Assembly (NCBI RefSeq): GCF_009914755.1
Contig: NC_060926.1
Length of the DNA: 64,000 nucleotides
Reading direction: 5' to 3' (one strand)
Source of the DNA: the human T2T-CHM13v2.0 reference genome, Homo sapiens
Shown here: one piece after another, positions 55,720 through 64,000 of the stretch
Numbering within the stretch: position 1 is the first letter of the stretch
Layout: every line of letters starts with the position of its first letter
The notes under the pieces: model-generated
What the model was told of the DNA's origin: nothing
Seen by the model: the letters and a program-made list of their open reading frames with translations, nothing else
Databases searched by the model: none
Translations under genes and position numbers: made by a program

Positions 55720-56520
55720 TGCAATCTTCTAGTGCCATCATTTTACAAGCTCAAGTGAAGTGTAGGGCACTTACCTTTCTTTACGTCCTACTATCCTCTC
55801 TGTTTATAATATAATTGCTTAAATATTTTCTCTGCATATATTTAGGATCACATTAGATAGTTATAATTTTTACTTCAACTGTCAACATAATTTAGAAAAG
55901 TCCAGTGAAGAAGGAAAGTCTATTATACATACCAATATTTTTGCTTACTATTATGTTAATATGTTCTTTCTTCCTTACTGATGCTCCAATATTCCTTCCT
56001 TTACTGTTTGCTTTTTGTTTAGAAAACTTTTTTTTAGCTGTTCATTTATAGTATGTCTGCTGGTGACAGATACTTTTAGTTTTCCCTCTCCTGAGAATGC
56101 CTTTATTTCCATTTTATTCCTGAAGGACCTGTGATTGGGGTGGGGCTGTGGTATTTTAAGTGGTGTTTGGCTAGAGTGGAGCGGTTATTGCCCAAAGCTT
56201 TTCTGTCTTGCTGGGCTGCCACTGTCCAGCTCCTTAGGCTGGAGAGAGCAGGCTTTTGTTGGGGCCTTCTTGGTCTCATTTGGAATTTCTGAGTTCAGTT
56301 TCTTCAACTATATATCTGGGATATACAAGACAGAAAGAAACCAGGGCACTCTCCACCATGTTGTTCCTCCAGTCTCAAGATCTCTAGACAGTCTGTCTTC
56401 TCTCCATCTTTCAGAGTCTTCTTGTGCATGTTTTTTATATAACATCTACACTTTTTAGTGGCGCTTAGCAGAAGCAATGGGACAAGTATGTCTACTGCAG
56501 CTTTCTGGAAGAGAAGCTCC
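55720..56520 (-). mobile_element. L1M 5'-region fragments
   Basis: tctgctggtgacagatacttttagtttt...ctgagaatgcctttatttcc...ttcctgaagga and gtctactgcagctttctggaag resemble L1MC/MD 5' ends. Confidence 0.5.
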
Positions 56521-56524
56521 TCAT

Positions 56525-57750
56525 TTCTTTTTTTGGATACATTTCAAAAGAAGTTGCAAATATATGACCCTACACATTTCAGTATGCATATCATTAACTA
56601 CAGCTCAACATTAGTTTATATTTTTCTTTTTCTTGTGTGAGATGAAAACTATACATACATTGCCATCAGGCTTTGCCCAGGCATCAGAACTCACTAGACA
56701 GCAGAATATACATCTTTGAGAGGAACCACAGAAATGTAATGTGCATGCTAAGGCTTTTACCTGAACATCAAAATGGAAACATCAGAGTATTCATATTAGA
56801 GAGCAACCTTACAATTATAATGGATGTGGTAAGGCTTTTTAAAAAATCAATGTTCAAAGACATAGAATCAACCAAAATGGCCATCAGTGATAGACTGGAT
56901 AAAGAAAACGTGGTACATATACACCATGGGATACTATGCAGCCGTAGAAAGGAACGAGATCATGTCCGTTGCAGGGACATGGATGGAGCTGGAAGCCATT
57001 ATCCTCAGAAAACTAACCCAGGAACAGAAAAGCAAACACCACATGTTCTCACTCATAAGTGGGAGCTGAACACTGAGAACACATGGAACCAGGGAGAGGA
57101 ACAACACACACTGAGGCCTGCCACTGCAGGTGGGGGTTCAGGGGAGGGAGAGCATCAGGAAAATAGCTAATGCATGTCAGGCTTAATAAGTAGGTGATTG
57201 GCTGATAGGTGCAGCAAACTGCCATGGCACACGTTTACCTATGTAACAAACCTACAAATACTACACATGTACCCCAGAACTAAAAGTAAAATAAAAGAAA
57301 ACAAATTTCAAAAAATAAAAAGAAAATTCTAGGTACATTGAAATATACAATTCTTACGTGCACCATTTGATGAGTACCACCCACCCCTCTGTCAAGATAC
57401 AGAACTCATCCATCACCCCACAAGTTCCTTCTTCCTCCTTCACAGTCTAATCCCTTCCCCAGCCACCTCGCGGGGACAAACATTGTTTTGTTTTGTTTTT
57501 TTACACCTCCTAGATTAGTTTCATCTTTTCTAGAATGCAGTATGAATAGAAGGGATATCATGCACTCTTTTCTGTCTGGCTTCTTTGTTTCAGCCTAATG
57601 TTTTTCATATTTAGCAAGTTTTATAAGTCATTTGTTTCTGTTGCTGAGTAGTATTCCGTTGTGTGCATATACCACAGCTTGTTGATCCATTCTTCTATTG
57701 ATGGATATCTGAGCTGTTTCCAGGTTTTGGCTAGTATGAATAAAGCCAAA
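56525..57750 (-). mobile_element. L1ME-like 3' end, split by a younger insertion at 56663-57322
   Basis: gatgaaaactatacatacattg | aaatatacaattcttacgtgcaccatttgatgag...tcaagatacagaactcatccatcacccca is collinear antisense L1ME 3'UTR. Confidence 0.65.
56855..57322 (+). mobile_element. 5'-truncated L1PA (PA8-11-like) 3' end
   Basis: ORF 56887-57069 (IDWIKKTWYIYTMGYYAAV...MELEAIILRKLTQEQK...MFSLISGS); tail cacatgtaccccagaactaaaagtaaaataaaa. Confidence 0.92.
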
Positions 57751-57899
57751 GAGAGCCATTTTAATTTGGGGCATTTAAAAAATGGTGTGAATAAACTTTC
57801 ATCTGAACACAGGGTTCCGTGGTAATAATGTTTGAAAATATCACCTCCAGCTCTGACGTGCCGAGTTTGTAATTTTCGTAAATGATATAAAAAGTCATT

Positions 57900-58188
57900 T
57901 CTTCATCCATTCATTTGTTCACTCAACCCTTATTTAGTGGGCCTATTCCCTGTGCCAGGAATCATTCAAGGCTCAGTGGGGAAGAGAACAAATGTAAGTA
58001 AGTCGGCCTGGTGCAGTTGACATGCTAGTGAGGGAAAAGACAAAAACATCAGTTAGTGAATACCTGTTATGACGGAAAAGAAGCCAGGTAAGTGGGTAGG
58101 GCATTACAGTTGGTCCAGAGGTAGGCAGGGTGTCATTTTAGCTCTGGAAGTAGGGAGAGGAACTTAGGGAGATGGTCAGGGGAGGGAC
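57900..58188 (-). mobile_element. L2 fragment
   Basis: cattcatttgttcactcaacccttatttagtgggcctattccctgtgccagg is an antisense L2 3' end. Confidence 0.65.
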
Positions 58189-60614
58189 TTATATGATTTG
58201 GATCTGTGTCCCCACTCAAATCTCACACCAAATTATAATCCCCAATGCTGGAGGTGGGGCCTGGTGGGAGGTGATTGGATCATGGGGGCAGTTTCTTATG
58301 CTTTAACAACATCCCCCTTGGTGTTGTCACAGTGACAGTAAGTTATCACAAGATCTGGTTGTTTAAAAGTGTGTAGCATGTCCCTCTGTCTCTCTTCCTC
58401 CTGCTCTGGTCATGTGAAGATGCCTGCTCTGGCTTTGCATTCTGCCATGAGAAAAAGTTTCCTGAGGACTCCCCAGCCATGCTTCCTGTACAGCCTGTAA
58501 AACTGTGAGCCAATTAAACCTATTTTCTTTATAAATTACCCAGTCTCAGGCATTTCCTTATAGCAATGTGAGAATAAACTAATACAGAAAATTGGTACCA
58601 AGAGTGGGGTATTACCATAATGATACTGAAAATGTGGAAGCAGCTTTAGAACTGGGTAATGGGCAGAGGTTGGAGGAGTTTGGAGGACTCAGAAGAAGAA
58701 GGGAAGATGAAGGAAAATTTGGAACTTTCTAGAGACTTGTTAAATTGTTATGACCAAAATGCTGGTAGTGATATGAAGAGTAAAGTCTAGGCTGATGAAG
58801 TCTCAGATGGAAATGAGGGACTTATTGGAAACTGGAGCAAGGTCACTTTTGTTATGCATTAGGAAGAGGTTGGCTGCATTGTGCCCCTGCTTTAGGGATC
58901 TGTGGAACTTTGAACTTGAGAGTCATGATTTAGGGTATCTGGCAGAAGAAATTTCTAAGCAGCAAAGCATTCAAGATGTAGCCTGGCTGTTTCTAATAAC
59001 CTATGCTTATTTGCATGAACAAAGAAATGATCTGAAATTGGAACTTACATTTAAAAGGGAAGCAGAGCATAGAAGTTTGGAAACTTGCAGCCTGGCCATG
59101 TGGTAGAAAAGAAAAACCCATTTTCAGGGGGAGGAATTCATGCAGGTTGCAGAAATTTACATAACTAAAAAGAAGGCAAGTACTAATAGCCAAGACAATG
59201 GGAAAAAGGCCCTGAAGTCATTTCAGAGAGCTTCATGGCAGCCCGTCCCATCATAGGCCCAGAGGCCCAGGAGGGAAGAATAGTTTCAGGGGCCAGAACC
59301 AGGGTCTCTACTCCCCTGCACAGCTTTGGGACACTGTTTCCTGCATCCCAGCTGCTACAGCTCCAGCTGTGGCCAAGAGAGCCCAAGGTACAGCTCTGGA
59401 TGCTGTTCCAGTGGGTGCAAGCCATAAGCCTTGATGACTTTCATGAGGTGTTAAGCCTGTGGGTGCACATAGTTTAAAAGTTGAGGCTTAGAAGCCTCCA
59501 CCTAGATTTCAGAGAATGTATGGAAAAACCTGGATGTCCAGGCAGAAGCATGCTACAGGGTTGGAGCCCTCATGGAGATCCTCTACTAGAGCAGTGCAGA
59601 GGGGAAATGTAGGGTTGGACCCCCCACACAGAGTCTTCTTTAGGGCACTACGTAGTAGTGCTGTGAGAAGAGGGCCACCATTCTCCAGACCCCAGAATGG
59701 TAGAGCCACAAGCAGCTTGCACCCTGTGCCTGGAAGAGCCATAGGCACTCAATGCCAGTCCATGAGAGCAGCTGTGGGGGTTGAACCTTGCAAAGTCACA
59801 GTGGCCAAGCTGCCCATGGCTTTGGGAGCCCACCCCTTGCACCAGCATATTCTGGATGTGGGACATGGAGCCAAAGGATAATATTTTGGAGCTTTAAGGT
59901 TTAATGACTACCCTGCTGGGTTTTGGACTTGCATGGGGCCTGTAGCCTCTTTCTTTTGGCTGATTTCTCCCTTTTGGAAAGGGTATATTTACCCAATGCT
60001 TATACCGCCATTGTATCTTGGAAGTAACTAACTTCTTTTTTATTTTACAGGCTCATAGGTAGAAAGGACTTGCTTTGTCTCAGATGAGACTTTGGACTTT
60101 AAACTTTTGAGTTAATGCTGAAATGAGTTAAAAGACTTTGAGGGACTGTTGGGAAGGCATGATTGTATTTTGCAATGTGAGAAGGACATGAGATTTGGGG
60201 AGGAGCCAGGGTCAGAATGATATGGTTTGGATATGTGTCCCCACCCAAATCTTATGTTGAACTGTAATCCCTAGTGTTGGAGGTGGGACCTGGTGGGAGG
60301 TGATTGGATCATGGGGGTGGTTTCTTATGGCTTAACACCAGCCCCCTTGGTATTGCCATAGTAAGAGTAAGTTATCACAAGCTCTGGTTGTTTAAAAGTG
60401 TGTAGCACCTTCCCCCTCTCTCTCTTCCTCCTGCTCTGGCTATGTGAAGATACCTGCTCTGGCTTTGTCTTCTGTCATGAGTAAGTTTCCTGAGGCCTCC
60501 CTAGCCATGCTTCTTGTATAGCCTGTAGAACTGTGAGCCAATTAAATCTCTTTTCTTTACAAATTACTCAGTCTCAGGCATTTCTTTACAGCAATGTGAG
60601 AGTGGACTAATACA
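58189..60614 (+). mobile_element. Full-length MST(A)-type MaLR provirus: LTR 58189-58586, internal 58587-60217, LTR 60218-60614
   Basis: Two homologous LTRs ending actaataca; internal region starts gaaaattggtacc with a purine-rich tract before the 3' LTR. The MaLR ORF remnant LAALCPCFRDLWNFELESHDLGYLAEEISKQQSIQ lies in ORF 58795-59106. Perfect TSD gggac at 58184-58188 and 60615-60619. Confidence 0.95.
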
Positions 60615-61169
60615 GGGACCTTTTAAGAGGAAGTCATAGGAGAGTTCTTGGAGAAGGTAAGGTTGGAAGAAGGTACAAAGAAAAAAGCTTATGTCTTTAA
60701 ATCATCTTCATTCCTGATAATTCAGCACACTTTAGAGGCAACTTCCAAGTCAGCTGTTGATGGTAGTGAAGACCCAAGGCCCAGAGAGGGAGCAACTGGC
60801 CCTAGAGTTGCATGATGAGTCTTCAGTGGCAAGGCCGAGATTAGAGGTCTGTACTCAGCATTCAGCTATTGGTGGACAGAACTCGTCCTTTGCTTCCTAA
60901 GTGCGGCTTCAGTCCTGTCATGGCCCTGCACTTCCCCGATTCCCTGCCCACTCCGTCCCCACTTCTTCAGGTGCTTCCCCATGGGAACTGGTAGAATAGT
61001 GTTAGAAAGCCACATCCATAGTATGGCCTCTTGAGGATTTCTGGTTTGTGTGACTTTGAGCAAGTCCTCCCCTGATGTTGGAGGATTCTTACCCCTGAAG
61101 TTGGGGAAGGAGTGAAATCTTGATGGTAGGACATCCGCTCACATGTCCTTTGAGACTTACCACGTTTGT

Positions 61170-61415
61170 CACCATGTATTTAGCACAGCTGCCTTTCATC
61201 TGCGAATACAGCCTGGGAGCTCTTTATGTTTTATCTAATTTAATTCTTATAACAATCCCATGGAGTTGTTAGGTAGTAAAGTGCTCTCTCTGTTTTTACA
61301 GATGGAAATCTGGAGACTGAGTGAGGTTGAGTAATTTGCCCGAGGTTGGCAAGAGGCTAAAGTAGAATTCTAAACCAGATCTGTTTGATTCTGATGCTCT
61401 TGCTTTTAGCCACAA
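61170..61415 (-). mobile_element. MIR SINE
   Basis: ttttacagatggaaatctggagactgagtgaggttgagtaatttgcccgagg. Confidence 0.75.
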
Positions 61416-61599
61416 TGTTTTAGCATCTGTTCAATTCTGAACAGACGGACAGAATTTGCAGAGGTCAGAGGGAGGTTCTAGAATAAAGCTGTTCTCTAGT
61501 TTACAGGACAGAAATGGTGGTAGTGATATGCCTGTGCCAGTTCTGGGATGTGCAGCTGGGAGGGAAGCCTTCTGTGGACCACCATGTAGGAGGGAGAGC

Positions 61600-61870
61600 A
61601 TAGCAGGGTATGATGGGAGGAGCATGGGTTCTGGAATTGAAAAATCCTGTGTTCAAATCCACACTCTACCACAAATCCCACGAATGGAGGACATTTGGAC
61701 AAATTGTTGAAGCCCTCTAAGCTTCCATTTTCATGTCTGTAAAATGGGATAATAATGGTATCTCCCTAGAGGGTTGCTGGGTAGGTACAATGAGATGATG
61801 CAAATAAAGTACTTAGACAATACCAGGCTCACAGTAAATGCCTAATAAATGCTGGCTGTTGTTTTTATTC
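61600..61870 (+). mobile_element. MIR SINE, near full length
   Basis: gagcatgggttctgga...tctgtaaaatgggataataatggtatc...acagtaaatgcctaataaatgctggct. Confidence 0.8.
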
Positions 61871-62544
61871 GCTATTGTTTTGAAAAATGGCAGGCACTAC
61901 AGACATACAAAGTGCAGAGAGTGGAAAGACAACAATGTGTTTTAGGGCCAGGCAGCCCAGAGCTGCCCAGGCTGGCACCCTGCCCAGAAGTGGGAGTGAT
62001 CTAGCAGAGGCCAGGGCCTTGCAGGAGGATTTTTGCAGACACCCAACTTCCTGCATCAGTGGGGTCGAGTGATCTCTGGAGTGCCTTCCGACCTGGAGAG
62101 GTCATTTCAAGTCTCTGCAACGGTAGCGATGGTAGCTCCAGCAAGGGAGGGAGAAGGGGCTTCCACTGGCTCTTGGACACTCCAGCTGTCATTTTTGGGA
62201 ATGTGCTTATCTGCCCCAGAGGGAAATAGATGATTGAGAAAGGAGGCAACCAGGGGACTTAGGCTTTACCAGCAGTGACCTACTAGCTCCGGTGTGTCTG
62301 CCTCAGACAGCAGGCCAAGGCTAGTGTCACGGCAGTTTAGGGGGTCCTGCACATTCACTGTGCCAACGAGCGGTATTTTGCAAACTTATTATAAACAGAT
62401 TATATTTCTTATCCTAATGTGGCTGTTGGCTACCTGCCCATGAATTTTAGCCTCCAGGAGAAAAACAATTGCTTGAGCTGAGTGTTCTGTGCTTTTACTT
62501 TCCATACATTACTCAGGGCTCCTTCCAGTTCCCCCAACCCTTAA

Positions 62545-62610
62545 TCTCTCTCTTTCTCTCTCTCTCTCGCTTTCATTCTCTCTCTCTCTCCATCTTTTTC
62601 CTTCTTTTCA
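62545..62610. repeat. (CT)n-rich tract
   Basis: tctctctctttctctctctctctcgctttcattctctctctctctcc. Confidence 0.8.
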
Positions 62611-64000
62611 GAAAGTCCTCTTTCATCTTGGGCATAACTAGAAAATCTGTAAGCTGTGCTTTCTGCCATGCATTAGCCAACAGGGTCCTTTCCTCCCAAG
62701 CCAGGGAAGAAAGCACAAAAACCAATGTCCAGGCTGGGCCTCTCAGGGTCCACAGCATCACAGGCAAAGGAAGTAACTGTCTCCATGCCTACCAACGGAT
62801 CCACACACATCTCACTGGGCAGCATCTCTGCCCCAGGAAGCAGCGCGCTTACTACACTGGGCACCCAGATGTCTGGTCTTGCGTGGCAGGCAGCCACTTT
62901 CTCCTGGCCTTTTCTTGTCCCAAAAGTCAGAGGGGCAGGCCAGTTCCAGAATGGGATTCCAGGCAGACCAGGAGACTAGGAGTGCATGTGAACAACTGCA
63001 AGGGGATGCGTCTGTCTGCCTGGTGTCCGTGTGTTCATGTGCACACCTGTGCACGCGCTCCCCCAGACTTACACACTCGTGAACACATGCTCACACAAGT
63101 TCATGCACGGGAGTAGCTCCAAGCCTCTCACTCAGCACTTTGCTATTAATAGCTCACTTTTCTAAAAAAGTCTGCTTAGCCGTTTGTAAGAATAACCACC
63201 ACTGCCTGTGTGACAGCCCAGGCCCCCGCAGGGAGGACAGGGCCGGCCCTCTGCTAGGACTGCCTGACTGCCTGCCTCATGTTAGAATCCAGAGGGAGGG
63301 CCAAGAGGGGAGATGAAAACCCTTCCTGAGTGGCCAGGGCAGCCTCCAGTGCCTGTGCCCAGGGACAAGGCAACTCACTGGTAATGTCTGCGGGCAATTG
63401 GCCAGGCCCCTGAGAGCCAAGATGCCACCTTCTTCATGGTGACAGCAGGGAGCATGCTCCATGAAACCAGAATGAGCCTGTTCTCCACTCTGGGGTCCTG
63501 CTGTAAAAGCCAAGAAGCAGAGAGCCAAGCTGAGCCCACCAAGAGCTTGGCACGAGGCTGTCACCCACAACTTCTCGCTGATCCAAAAGACAGGCTCTGA
63601 GGCTGGAAATTCAAGTGTGGTGGTGCTGTGACACAGCACACAGCCACCGTGCACTTGTGTCCCTGGCAGCCGCAATCCGGGCCTGAGAGGGCCCAGTGTC
63701 TGTGGGTGTTTGTATTTAATTGCAGTGGGGTGAGAAAGGCCAATGGTTGGGTTTTATTTCAAACCTGCTTTGAGGAGAAGTAACATTAGGTGGCCCAGAG
63801 CTGTGAAATGTGTCCTGGTCATAAATGCTTCACCATCAATTAACACCTCCAGAATACCTAAGAGTTGCCAGCAACTTCCCATTCAAATAACCTCTTAAAC
63901 CTTCCTCCACACCACACTGCCCATTCCCTCGCAGGCAGACCTGCATGGTTTGATGACGACTGGTCACACTGCTGGCCCTATCTGTATAAAAGTCCAGACA

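Noticed and set aside
58795-59881. MaLR internal ORFs as a domesticated gene
   Set aside because: Broken across several frames, as is typical of decayed MST-int.
62469-63116. Longest ORF in the window (215 aa)
   Set aside because: Starts at a non-ATG codon, crosses a CT microsatellite and has no recognisable domain.

Overview
Primate, most likely human, non-coding genomic DNA rich in Alu, MIR, L1, L2, MaLR and DNA-transposon relics; no intact protein-coding gene is supported. The main gene-like element is an intronless, poly(A)-tailed, TSD-flanked processed pseudogene of PAFAH1B1 (LIS1) on the minus strand (~33738-35442), inserted into an old L1M 3' region. A CpG island (~52290-52660) and neighbouring + strand exon-like units match, from memory, the CYTOR/MIR4435-2HG lncRNA pair of the 2p11.2/2q13 segmental duplication. 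If + is the reference forward strand this is the CYTOR/PAFAH1B1P1 copy, which cannot be confirmed here. The window also holds a complete MST-type MaLR provirus with a perfect TSD (58189-60614). I find no new multi-gene system. The best leads are a LisH-only 44-codon ORF and unusual UTR isoform ends in the retrocopy, its antisense orientation to the host lncRNA, inverted Alus bracketing the exon cluster, compact composite enhancer motifs and several odd retrotransposition structures. Repeat subfamily calls are by eye and boundaries without a stated TSD are approximate.
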